64,000 nt of DNA from Candidatus Bathyarchaeia archaeon (GTDB lineage: Archaea > Thermoproteota > Bathyarchaeia > Bathyarchaeales > Bathycorpusculaceae): positions 1-64,000 of the forward strand of contig JBEKHN010000010.1 in NCBI GenBank assembly GCA_050012255.1. Reading direction: 5' to 3'. Below are positions 29,423-38,939 of this stretch, piece by piece (within the stretch, counting starts at the first letter, position 1; each line of letters opens with the position of its first letter). The notes beneath the pieces are model-generated. The model had not been told where the DNA came from. It ran no database searches and was given only the letters and a program-made list of their open reading frames with translations. The position numbers and the translations under genes are program-made.

Positions 29423-31807
29423 ATGAAAGTCACTTTTTGGCTCTTAGACTTGAACTACGAGGTTAAGGACGACGTTCCAGAAATCTGGCTCTGGGGTGTG
29501 ACCTGTTCTGGAGAAAGAGTGCTTGTCATAGACAGGAACTTTGTCTCGTACTTCTACGCTGTGATTGAAGAAGCGGCAGACCCTGAGAAGGTCGTCAACG
29601 AAATTGGTCAAGGTCGTTTTCCTTGTGTTTCGAAGCTTGAAATTGTTGAGCGAAAGTTCTTTGGAAAACCCGTGAAGGCTGTGAAGGTTTACTGCAAGAA
29701 TCCTGATGTTATGCTGGATTATGCGAAGGCTCTTCGAAAGCTCGAAGGCGTCAAAGACTGTCTCGAAGACGACATTCGATACACTATGCGGTACCTGATA
29801 GACAACAACGTTGTTCCATGCGGATGGCATGAAACAGAAGTAGTTGGCGAACCCAACAAAAGTAAGGCTCGAATTGACAAGGCTTACTCAGCAAAATCGT
29901 TTCCGCGACTTCTTGAAAAGGTTGAAGCTCCGCCCCTGCGCATACTGGGCTTTTCATCAATCTACTACAGCAGAGAAGGCTCGCCTAAACCAGACAGAAA
30001 TCCCGTGATAATTGTTTCAGCCGCAACCAACGGGGGTGAACATAAACAGTTCTTGGCCGGCGATGACAAGAGCGACAGGCCAGTATTGGAGGCTTTTGCG
30101 GAGTATGTTCGAAGCTTCGACCCAGACATAATCGTAGGCTACGGTAACAATGGGCAAGACTGGCCTTTTCTCAAAGAGAGATGCAAGAAGCTCGGCTTAC
30201 GCTTGTACGTTGACAGGACTCAGACTGAACCTCACACGAGCGTGTACGGCCACGTTTCGCTGACCGGAAGGGCAAACCTGGACCTTGCAGATTATGCGGA
30301 GGAATTTCCAGAGGTAAAGGTCAAGACTCTGGTCAATCTTGCCGACTACTTGGGTATCATGAAGATTGAGAACCGAAGGATCATCGAAGACATAGACTTC
30401 GCAGACTTCTGGGACAGTGAAGACAAACGCGTGTTCTTGGCGAAGTTTTCGGCAGACAATACCCGTTGCATTATGGGTATTGCAGAGGCGATTCTGGACT
30501 TCGCCATGCAGCTTTCCAATCTCGTAGGTCTGCCGCTGGACCATGCTGGAACAGCGGCTGCGGGCTTTCGTGTGGAATGGTTTCTCATAAAGCGTACTCA
30601 CAGGATCGGCGAGCTTGTGCCAAGGAGGGTTGAGCAGCCCTACAGGTCCTACGCGGGCGGTTTGGTGCTTCAGCCAGAGCCAGGGCTGCACGAAAACATC
30701 GCTGTCCTCGACTTCAAATCGATGTACCCCAACTTGATGATCAATTATAACCTCTCGCCGGACACCTACGTGTCGCCCAAGGATCCGTTGCCTGCTGGCG
30801 GAGCGTTCGAAGCTCCTGAAGTCAATCATAGGTTCCGAAGGGAGCCCCCCGGCTTCTACAAGGAGGTTCTGTCTTACCTGATTGAGGTTCGAGACGAGAT
30901 CCGGCCGAAAATGAGTAAGCTCAAGCCGGGAAGTGTGGAGTATCGTGTCTTGGATGCTCGTCAGAAAGCCGTGAAGATCTTAACCAACGCGTCCTATGGG
31001 TATGCTGGGTGGATAGGTGCAAGATGGTACGTGAAGCCTGTTGCTGAGGCAGCCGCTGCGTGGGGAAGACACACGATACTGACAGCGATCGAAATGGCCA
31101 AAGAAGAGAAGTTGAAGGTTGTCTACGGTGACACTGACAGCATTTTTGTTGAGAATCGGCCAGAAAAGGTGGAGAAACTGTCAAGAGAGATAAAGGAGAA
31201 AATGGGGTTGGAAGTCAAACCGGACGAGATCTACGTGCGCATTTTTTTCACTGAAGCAAAGAAGCGGTATGCTGGTCTTTTACCAGATGGGCGACTTAAC
31301 ATCGTTGGTATGGAGGTTGTACGCGGGGACTGGGCGGCCATTGCAAAGAAGGTGCAGGAAAAAGTCTTAGAGATCATCTTAAAGGAACAGTCGCCCAAGA
31401 AGGCTGCCGATTTCGTGCAGCAGTTCATCTGTGAGCTCAGACAGAAACGTGTTGCTTATCGAGACCTAATCATTTGGAAGACGCTGACCAAGCCTGCTAA
31501 AGAGTATGAGGTTAAGGCCTCCCACGTTGAGGCTGCCAAAATGCTTATGGCAAAGGGCTGGGAACTTGCCGTTGGCGACAAGATCGGCTTCGTAGTCATT
31601 ATGGGCACGGGGCGGCTCTATGAAAGGGTCAAACCGTACATGCTCGCTTCGTATGACGAAGTGGACTTGGAGTACTACGTGTCGAAGCAGGTTGTGCCAG
31701 CTGCAACCAGGATTCTTGAAAGTTTTGGCATATCGGAAGAGCAACTTTTGCAGTCGGAAAAGGGAGAAAAAGAGACTAGAAAGCTCTCTGATTTCTTTGG
31801 AAACTAG
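29423..31807 (+). CDS. polB: Family B DNA polymerase (PolB3-like) with degenerate 3'-5' exonuclease motifs
   Basis: LDFKSMYP, KILTNASYGY, YGDTDS, KKRYA; ExoI reads LGFSSIYY. Confidence 0.95.
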   Translation: MKVTFWLLDLNYEVKDDVPEIWLWGVTCSGERVLVIDRNFVSYFYAVIEEAADPEKVVNEIGQGRFPCVSKLEIVERKFFGKPVKAVKVYCKNPDVMLDYAKALRKLEGVKDCLEDDIRYTMRYLIDNNVVPCGWHETEVVGEPNKSKARIDKAYSAKSFPRLLEKVEAPPLRILGFSSIYYSREGSPKPDRNPVIIVSAATNGGEHKQFLAGDDKSDRPVLEAFAEYVRSFDPDIIVGYGNNGQDWPFLKERCKKLGLRLYVDRTQTEPHTSVYGHVSLTGRANLDLADYAEEFPEVKVKTLVNLADYLGIMKIENRRIIEDIDFADFWDSEDKRVFLAKFSADNTRCIMGIAEAILDFAMQLSNLVGLPLDHAGTAAAGFRVEWFLIKRTHRIGELVPRRVEQPYRSYAGGLVLQPEPGLHENIAVLDFKSMYPNLMINYNLSPDTYVSPKDPLPAGGAFEAPEVNHRFRREPPGFYKEVLSYLIEVRDEIRPKMSKLKPGSVEYRVLDARQKAVKILTNASYGYAGWIGARWYVKPVAEAAAAWGRHTILTAIEMAKEEKLKVVYGDTDSIFVENRPEKVEKLSREIKEKMGLEVKPDEIYVRIFFTEAKKRYAGLLPDGRLNIVGMEVVRGDWAAIAKKVQEKVLEIILKEQSPKKAADFVQQFICELRQKRVAYRDLIIWKTLTKPAKEYEVKASHVEAAKMLMAKGWELAVGDKIGFVVIMGTGRLYERVKPYMLASYDEVDLEYYVSKQVVPAATRILESFGISEEQLLQSEKGEKETRKLSDFFGN

Positions 31808-32949
31808 CCTTCTGTAACATCCGGGAAGGTTACCAGCTGAACTGTCAACGATGGTTTTACAGCGTCTGATAGACGTGAAGCAATGATTCGTTTTATGTTC
31901 TTCTCGCTTGCAACGTCGACGATCCTCTGCGTTATGATGCCGTCGAAGACGACTGTGTCCACGCCTTCTGCCTGCTGAAGTTTTTCGGCAAGCTGGTTTA
32001 CGGGTAATCGTTCTATCTGTTCGAGCTTTTCGTTTAAGAGAACTGCCTCTAAAGTGCCTTCAAGCGTCTTTATCGTTTCAACTATTTCTTTGGGAACCTC
32101 CGCCTTCAGCTTCTCTTTCTTCGGTGGCTTGTACTGTTCCAGAATTGGAACCTTGGCCGCCAACGCGTCAAAGATTTCTTTGCAGTTCAATTCTTCAACT
32201 TCTTTTCCCCTTGGCGCCCTAGCAATGTATTTCACGTCTGTTACCTGTTGCAGTTCCTTCAGGATTAAGTCTCCGCCCCTGTCTCCGTCAAGGAGGGCTG
32301 TGGCTTCTTTTTCCTTGCAGAGTTTCTTTATTGCCTCAGGAACCTTTGCCCCTTCCAAAGCCACCGTGTTCAACAGTCCGCATCGCATCAGGTTTATGAT
32401 GTCCGCTCTGCCCTCAACAACAACTATTTCCTTTGCGCTTTCAAGCCCAGGTCCAGCGGGAAGTTCTTCAGGCCCGTACTTCTCAACCTTACCGAGCTTC
32501 AAGGTTTCCGCGACTTCTTTGAACACTTCGTCGACCGAGGGCATGGACTCAATCGTCCACTTGTGAAGAATCTCTTTTGCTCTATCGATTATGATTTTTC
32601 TCCGCGCCTCTCTTACATCCTCGATTTTTTCAAGTGTAACCTTTGAAGCGCAGGGCCCCACTCTGTTTATGCTCTCTATGCTTGAGGCGATCAATGCCGT
32701 GGAGACTCTGTCTAGGCTTGTTGGAATGGTTATAGTGCCCGTTGTCTTATCCTGTTTAGAGTGAAGTTCAATCTCTATTCTTCCGATTCTGCCTGACTTC
32801 TGAAGTTCTCTAAGGTCGAGCTCCGGCCCAAAAAGACCTTCCGTCTGCCCGAAAACCGCTCCGATAACATCCGGCTTTTCAACTACGCCTTCTATTTCGA
32901 ATTTAGCGTTTATAACGTACTTTATAGTAAACGTCTGTGACGAACCCGT
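31804..32949 (-). CDS. dnaG: Archaeal DnaG (TOPRIM; exosome-associated primase-like protein), non-canonical start
   Basis: VVEGRAD and DGDRGGD motifs. The frame stays open 85 codons upstream of the TTG at 32694 and encodes the conserved GVVEKPDVIGAVFGQTEGL. Confidence 0.93.
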   Translation of the reverse strand, partial: TGSSQTFTIKYVINAKFEIEGVVEKPDVIGAVFGQTEGLFGPELDLRELQKSGRIGRIEIELHSKQDKTTGTITIPTSLDRVSTALIASSIESINRVGPCASKVTLEKIEDVREARRKIIIDRAKEILHKWTIESMPSVDEVFKEVAETLKLGKVEKYGPEELPAGPGLESAKEIVVVEGRADIINLMRCGLLNTVALEGAKVPEAIKKLCKEKEATALLDGDRGGDLILKELQQVTDVKYIARAPRGKEVEELNCKEIFDALAAKVPILEQYKPPKKEKLKAEVPKEIVETIKTLEGTLEAVLLNEKLEQIERLPVNQLAEKLQQAEGVDTVVFDGIITQRIVDVASEKNIKRIIASRLSDAVKPSLTVQLVTFPDVTEG

Positions 32950-33097
32950 AATTATGCACCTCCTAGTGACGAGTTAATGGTTAGAGTTAATCACGTGGGT
33001 CGAGAATTTTTCTTCTCAACCACGAGATCTTGTCTTAACATCCACTATATATTACACTTATGAATTACAAATCACACTCTATAAGCTTTTCTCATTC

Positions 33098-33517
33098 CTA
33101 ACGTATTTCGCCAGCTTTCTTCTTCAACGTTTGAACGTAGGAGGCCAAGCCTTCAACATCCTTGACCTCTCTGCCTGCGAACCGCATCAGCTCATTCCAA
33201 AATGTGAGGTTTGGTTTTATCCTCGCCTTTTCCAAGCGTTGCTTGAGCACTCTTGTCCATTCTCTGCCGTGCCTATCAAAGTCCAGCAGCATAATCACTT
33301 CCTTTGCTGCGCTTTCCTCCACTTCACAGATAACATCCAGTTGTGTCCTTCCGCCTGTTTTTGCGGATATTATCTCTCCCTCCACACCCAGTTGTCTCAG
33401 CGTCTTAACGTCATTCCTTCCTTCTACGATTATGAGAATTCCTTTTGACGATTCTTCTATCAGACACGCTAGTACTTGCTGAATTCTCTCCATTCTCTCT
33501 TTCAGGTGCGTGGACAA
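33098..33517 (-). CDS. Small stand-alone TOPRIM protein
   Basis: IIVEGRND, LLDFDRHG, KDVEGL. Confidence 0.9.
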   Translation of the reverse strand: MSTHLKERMERIQQVLACLIEESSKGILIIVEGRNDVKTLRQLGVEGEIISAKTGGRTQLDVICEVEESAAKEVIMLLDFDRHGREWTRVLKQRLEKARIKPNLTFWNELMRFAGREVKDVEGLASYVQTLKKKAGEIR

Positions 33518-33522
33518 GGCTT

Positions 33523-34617
33523 CTACCTTGTAACGTCAGCTTTCCTCACGAGGTTCAGGCACTCAGTTGCTTCTCTGTTACAGTCGAAGTACCTTTTTAC
33601 TGGTGCAAGGATTTCTGCCAGCTTTTCAGCCACTGAGTTCTTAAGGTCTTGTGGGTGTAGGCTTCCGCTGGCGTAGGAATGTGCAAGCTCTCGGAAACTG
33701 TGGAACTCGGCTCTTCCGCCGTACTTGGCAGGCCTGTCTATCGTGAATGTCTTCTCTTCTTTGAAGATTATGTACTTGCAGATTTCCAGTATCGGGTTAT
33801 ACTCGACGGCTTTTTCCGGGCAGAAGGCCATTGAAATCTTTTTCTTTATCTCTTCAGGCGAGTCGTAGATGAAAATGCAAGTGTCGGGCCTGCTTTTTGA
33901 CATTTTTATCGATGACAGGATCTCTCTCTCTTTTTCTTTCGGGATGGGCCAGACGGGAGGTTTCACAAGTCCTTGAAGGTAGCTGTGGTGCACGCACACT
34001 GGCTTCCAGTATCCGAGGCGTTCGCCCAGTTCTCGGGCGACAACGTTGGCTTTTCGCTGGTCCATGCCTAGCTGACATATCTTCACCTCCATGTGGAATA
34101 TGTCAGCGACCTGCATCGGCGTGTACATGTAATCTGAGACGCGTCTTGCTTCGGATTCTTTTCTTCCAGCAATCTCCAGTGTCCTAGTCACCCTGGCTAT
34201 GGACAGGTTCTTTGCAATCATAACTACCTTAGCCCAATAGTCTACATCGTCGTACAGTTCGTCTGAGTAGATGAATTCAACCTTTTCCGGCGGCACGCCT
34301 AAGGCTATCCACGAGTGCTTGAAGAGTTCTGCTGCTTTTCTGATGAGTTTGAGGTCTCCGCCCATCTTGTTGTTCAGCCATGCGTGCCACGTGGAAAGGT
34401 ACGCTTTGTAACGTATTCCAGCCTCTATGAAGTCCTTAATCTTGTAGACACAGATCAAGCCTGTTCCGAGGTGAACCAGGCCGGATGGTTCCCATCCATT
34501 GTAGGCTATCGGATGCTCCTCTGTTTGTAGAAGGTGCCTCAAGTCTTCTGGTGTTAAGACCTCTTCAGTCGGCGGTCTGCAGACAAGTTCCATCTTCGTC
34601 TCGATGTCCAAGTTCAA
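33523..34617 (-). CDS. tyrS: Tyrosine-tRNA ligase
   Basis: AYNGWEPSG..HLG, YTPMQVADI, GMDQRK, KMSKS, LHPQDLK. Confidence 0.96.
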   Translation of the reverse strand: MNLDIETKMELVCRPPTEEVLTPEDLRHLLQTEEHPIAYNGWEPSGLVHLGTGLICVYKIKDFIEAGIRYKAYLSTWHAWLNNKMGGDLKLIRKAAELFKHSWIALGVPPEKVEFIYSDELYDDVDYWAKVVMIAKNLSIARVTRTLEIAGRKESEARRVSDYMYTPMQVADIFHMEVKICQLGMDQRKANVVARELGERLGYWKPVCVHHSYLQGLVKPPVWPIPKEKEREILSSIKMSKSRPDTCIFIYDSPEEIKKKISMAFCPEKAVEYNPILEICKYIIFKEEKTFTIDRPAKYGGRAEFHSFRELAHSYASGSLHPQDLKNSVAEKLAEILAPVKRYFDCNREATECLNLVRKADVTR

Positions 34618-34707
34618 CCTTACCTATGCGGTTTTCTTCCTAGCTTCTATGTATGAGTGCAACTTAAAAGTTGCTTCCGACTCAACGCGACGGTCTGAGC
34701 TCGATGT

Positions 34708-34910
34708 CTATTGTTTCTTGCTGCCTATGACTAGGAACCATGGGACGGGCTCGTATTCGTCACCGAATTCTCTGTAGTGTTTTTCAATGGCCTGCTTTGA
34801 TGGCGTTGTTTCCTCAAAACCCGTGATCATGAACTCATGTTTGAGCAGTGTCCTAATGTACTCGGAAAGTGGACGGTGGAAACTGTAAAGAGGCGCCGAC
34901 TTGCGTCTGA
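34708..34910 (-). pseudogene. C-terminal remnant of a class I SAM methyltransferase
   Basis: SFHRPLSEYI..L....F.I.GFEE....P.FLVI. The recognisable part begins next to the GCGCGC at 34912; no SAM-binding N-terminus. Confidence 0.65.
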
Positions 34911-35230
34911 CGCGCGCTAGAGCACGTTTCTGAACGTTGTTTTGTCGCGGGACAGTGTCTCCCACGTAACCTAACACTTAACTTCATTGTGGGGCGATGC
35001 GCTCCTCTAAGCTAAGCTCTCTCCGTCGAGGGAATTTTGCCCGCGCCCGTCGTGTCCCACGTTTGGGTAAACCCGTCGTCATAAGAATAGGCAAGCACAC
35101 AGCTTGCTCTCTTCTGTTGGGTCCGTCTGCGTGGATGTATCGACGGGATTAGGAATGGCTCAACTGTGTCATCGCCAACCAGAAATAGGCGTGTTAAGAA
35201 AGTTAAAGGTTATTGTGCTTGCCTCAGTGT

Positions 35231-36919
35231 TCATGGCCTGATTCTGCCTATTCTGTCCATGTTTAGTTCGAAGACAGCCACGGGGTTCTCAAGCGTCCAT
35301 GGTTCCAGAACTTTTGGATGGATTTCGCCCAGCATCCCGACTTCTACTCTGTTAACGATCACTGTTCCCACTCTTCCTTCTATGAAGCTCGGATGCTCTG
35401 TCTCTCTTATCTTCCATTGGAGACCAAGGTTCATGAGCAGCGCGTCTAGAGCCGACTTTGTTTCCGTGAAGCTCGCGTTTGCATGGGATATGACCGCTGC
35501 AAGAGTGTGCACGTCTCTCGTTCTTGTCTCTGTCTTCTCATCCAAAACCGTGACCGTGCCGAGTTCAAACACTTTCTGGGGATATTCAATGTGAAGGTTG
35601 TGGCTCAAGAACTCCAGTAGGCTCGGCAGCATCCAGTTTCTGAGGCATGTCAACGTTTGAACCTTTGGGTTTGCCAACTCTACTATTTTCTGTTTCTTGA
35701 CGTTCATTTTAGTGAATAAGTCTTCTGGGTTTGTCATGTTGAACGTGAGAACTTCTTGGAAGCCCAGCCCCACCATTAACTCTCTGGCAACGTTAAGAAA
35801 GGCTTGCGATGGCTTGGCGCCGCCTCTCGTCGACAGTTTGCGCCAGAATGGTTTGATATTATCGTATCCGTAGGCTATGGCAACATCTTCAATCAGGTCT
35901 ATCGGGTGCATTATGTCAATTCGGTAACAAGGGATCTCCACGGTAATCTTGTCCCGTTCGAGTCTTGCTACTCCGAAGCCAGCTTTCTCAAGCAGTTCAA
36001 CGATCCGTCGGGCTTTCAGCTGAAGGCCTAGTACCTTGTTTGCATATCCAACGTCTAGGTCCATCTGTCCCGTTTCAAAACTCGGCGTCACCACTGTCAA
36101 ACTGTCATCTGGATAATGAACCGTGGTGGAGTAAGCCTTTCCTCCTCTGTCAATCAGGGACAAGGTTACTATCTTGAGGGTGTTGAGCACAGTTTCATGA
36201 ACCGTGCCCGTGACTTCGACGAGGACGTTCTTAGTATCCTCGGTCACTCTTCCAAGGTCGTTCGAGTTTATGATCGGTGGGAATGATAGTACTCTCTTCT
36301 CACTGTCAAGAAGTATCGGGTAGACGCTGTTTCCCCTTACGATCGAACCGTACTCTAACCCTTTGGGATGGTGCTTCAGAATCTCCTTCAGACTCATTTC
36401 TTTCTCAAAGCCAAGTGGCACAAAACTGACTTCTGTTGGCTTGGCAACGGTATAGCTGAATGGAGGGGTCATGAGGTCAAAGTTGTACAGGCCGATGGAC
36501 GTTCGGCGCCTGTTTCTCCCATAAGTGTGATCCAGCTTGTCCTGAAGCTGCATCACTGCTCGAATCATCGGGTCTGTCAATTTGAGGTTCTTGATTATGG
36601 AACAGCCTATGTACGGTCTGATATTGGCTAATCTCTTGTCAACGTACACCTCTGCTATTTCTTTGACTGTCTTGTACCGCTTCAAGCCTCTATCCAGTCC
36701 TAAGAGCAAGCGCAGAGTCCTGACTAGTCCTTCAATGTTCCATAGATCTGGTCGGTTTGTGTCCTTGACCTCAATGGTCATTGCGCCTGTCTTTTCATCG
36801 AAGAGTTTCATTTCGCTCTTGGCTAAGGCTAAGACTTCATTGATTTTTTCAGGGTCTTTGTGTAGCTCTGCCCCTAGCAGTTTTTCGAATTCTGCGTAGT
36901 CGACGTCTATGGTTGGCAT
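35231..36919 (-). CDS. pheT: Phenylalanine-tRNA ligase beta subunit
   Basis: NRPDL, LQDKL, SFPPIINS, RIDIMHPIDLIEDVAIAYGY, LGEIHP. Confidence 0.97.
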   Translation of the reverse strand: MPTIDVDYAEFEKLLGAELHKDPEKINEVLALAKSEMKLFDEKTGAMTIEVKDTNRPDLWNIEGLVRTLRLLLGLDRGLKRYKTVKEIAEVYVDKRLANIRPYIGCSIIKNLKLTDPMIRAVMQLQDKLDHTYGRNRRRTSIGLYNFDLMTPPFSYTVAKPTEVSFVPLGFEKEMSLKEILKHHPKGLEYGSIVRGNSVYPILLDSEKRVLSFPPIINSNDLGRVTEDTKNVLVEVTGTVHETVLNTLKIVTLSLIDRGGKAYSTTVHYPDDSLTVVTPSFETGQMDLDVGYANKVLGLQLKARRIVELLEKAGFGVARLERDKITVEIPCYRIDIMHPIDLIEDVAIAYGYDNIKPFWRKLSTRGGAKPSQAFLNVARELMVGLGFQEVLTFNMTNPEDLFTKMNVKKQKIVELANPKVQTLTCLRNWMLPSLLEFLSHNLHIEYPQKVFELGTVTVLDEKTETRTRDVHTLAAVISHANASFTETKSALDALLMNLGLQWKIRETEHPSFIEGRVGTVIVNRVEVGMLGEIHPKVLEPWTLENPVAVFELNMDRIGRIRP

Positions 36920-36920
36920 G

Positions 36921-38432
36921 CTATGCGACCTCCTTGGTCCTCAACCACAGCAGATCGTTAGAGAAGATGCTGCGTATGTCGTCTATTCCTGCCTTCATCA
37001 TGAACAAACGGTCTATGCCCAAACCCCACGCGATAACAGGAACATTGATACCCAGGGGCAGGGTGACTTCGGGCCTGAAGATGCCTGAGCCTCCGAACTC
37101 GATCCATCCGTATCCTTTCTTGTAGGCGCTGAGTTCCACGCTGGGCTCTGTGAATGGGTAGTAGTCTGGCTTCAGCCTGACTTTGTCAGCCTCGGCTATT
37201 TCAGTGGCGAAAGTCAGCAGAATTCCCAAAAGGTCTCGAAGGTTCAGGTTCTCGTCGACGACGATGCCCTCAACCTGGTTGAACTCGGTGAGATGAGTTT
37301 GGTCAAGCACGTCTGGTCTGTAGCAGCGGGCGATCGAGAAATACCTGCCTGGAACGTGTAATTCTTTGCTCAGAAGCGTTCTGGCGCTGAGGCAAGTTCC
37401 ATGACCTCGCAGGATCAGACGTTTTGCATCTTTGATGGAGTATCTGTACCGCCATCCGGTTGAGCCTGTTTTCCAGCCGTTCTCATGGGTTTGCTTGACG
37501 TTTTGCAGGACATGCTTCGGAGCGCCTATGCTGCCGTACTTTGGAGACTTCACCAGGTATATGTCCATGATCTCGCGGGCCGGATGGTCCTGAGGCATGT
37601 ACAGAGCATCGAAGTTGAAGAAGGACGTTTCGACGTTGGTGCCAGTCATCTCTTCAAATCCTAGGTTGATGAGTTTTTCCCTGACTTTGTCGATGAACTG
37701 GAGGTAGGGATGTTTTTTGCCGGGCCATGTCTTTGCAACTGGGGCTCGTATGTTGTACTTTTGAAGGCTTACCTTCCGCCATTTACCAGTAATTATGAGT
37801 TGAGGGGTGAGCTGCGTCACTTCCGCAGCGGCTTTCATACCTCTCCTGACTATGGCATTACCCGCTTCTGTTATCTCGATTATTCTCTTCGTCTTCTCTT
37901 CGACATCAAGGAGTTTTCTCCTCTTCAGAAGTCGAAAAGCTTCTTGAAGAGGAGGATTCAGATCTTCAACTCTGGCTTCTTTCCGTTCGGCCAAAAGCTT
38001 CACGAGTTTCTCATCGTTCTCCTCTTCTTGTTTTCCCTGCAACTGCAGAGTGTTCGCTTTCGAGTCCAGAGTTGCCCATTTCTTTCTTTGAATCCAGCCT
38101 AACACGATAGGAATGAGCTCCTTCTCAAGCTCAGTTTTTTCGAAGATTCCTCCAAGAGGCGCTTTGCCGCCTAGTCTGCTTAAAGCGCGTATGGCCTGCC
38201 TCTCCGGGAGTCCGTTTGTTGCGTACACTTTTCCTTCCGCGTTAAGTCTCGCGATTGTCTCTTCTTCTTCATTGATCTGTACAAGTTTCTTGTCCTGCAG
38301 TGTTAACGCTGCGCGCATCACTGCAGCATCGGAGAGTCCACTTTGGCTTATCAACTGTTCAGCTGATGTTTTTCCGCCTAGCTTGGCCAAGGTTGAGAGT
38401 GTTTTTTGTTCGTGTTCTCTGAGGTCAACCAT
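36921..38432 (-). CDS. pheS: Phenylalanine-tRNA ligase alpha subunit
   Basis: GKKHP, NFDALYMPQDHPARE, THLTEFNQVEG, YPFTEPS, GSGIFRPE; start set at MVDLRE. Confidence 0.97.
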   Translation of the reverse strand: MVDLREHEQKTLSTLAKLGGKTSAEQLISQSGLSDAAVMRAALTLQDKKLVQINEEEETIARLNAEGKVYATNGLPERQAIRALSRLGGKAPLGGIFEKTELEKELIPIVLGWIQRKKWATLDSKANTLQLQGKQEEENDEKLVKLLAERKEARVEDLNPPLQEAFRLLKRRKLLDVEEKTKRIIEITEAGNAIVRRGMKAAAEVTQLTPQLIITGKWRKVSLQKYNIRAPVAKTWPGKKHPYLQFIDKVREKLINLGFEEMTGTNVETSFFNFDALYMPQDHPAREIMDIYLVKSPKYGSIGAPKHVLQNVKQTHENGWKTGSTGWRYRYSIKDAKRLILRGHGTCLSARTLLSKELHVPGRYFSIARCYRPDVLDQTHLTEFNQVEGIVVDENLNLRDLLGILLTFATEIAEADKVRLKPDYYPFTEPSVELSAYKKGYGWIEFGGSGIFRPEVTLPLGINVPVIAWGLGIDRLFMMKAGIDDIRSIFSNDLLWLRTKEVA

Positions 38433-38535
38433 CGTTTTTCCCTTCAAGGTGGTGTGAACAGGAGTCGGTAATGTAGTTGTTCTGTTTTTAATAAAAACCC
38501 AACGGTGAAACTTGACGATTCCAAGCACGCAACGG

Positions 38536-38583
38536 AAAAAAAGAGGCCGCGGGGCATGCTGGGTTCGCGCCTCATGCCCTGCG
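38536..38583 (-). terminator. GC-rich hairpin followed by a T-tract on the minus strand
   Basis: CGCGGGGCATG...CATGCCCTGCG stem (38548-38583) next to an A-run at 38536-38542. Confidence 0.4.
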
Positions 38584-38939
38584 AACGGTGATTGACCCAT
38601 CAGGGTTTTTCTCGATTTTGAGCGGCATACCCAGTTTTCAGCCGAGCGCTTCAAGCCAGACGTCTCATTGCGTCTTTGGGTGAGTGAGGCGTAGCTGCAA
38701 CTTTTCTGCAGAATTGAGAATGTACCCAGAAATCCATTTAGGCAGTTGAGCGCGCCCAGGAAAATTACGCCAAGGGTTCGACAAGAGCGCACAAGGATAG
38801 TCGATCATGCAATTGTGAGGAAACTCGTCCAGCTCAAGATTAGAGAGTCAACTCAATGTCCCGCACGATAATTTCAGAATCCTTAAATCCGCAGAATGGA
38901 AACGTATACGTGAGGAATAAGGAGAAGGGAGAAACAAAA

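Noticed and set aside
38433-38792. 120-aa N-terminal extension of PheS in the ORF track
   Set aside because: It crosses the promoter, a hairpin and a GC tract; PheS-like sequence starts at MVDLRE.
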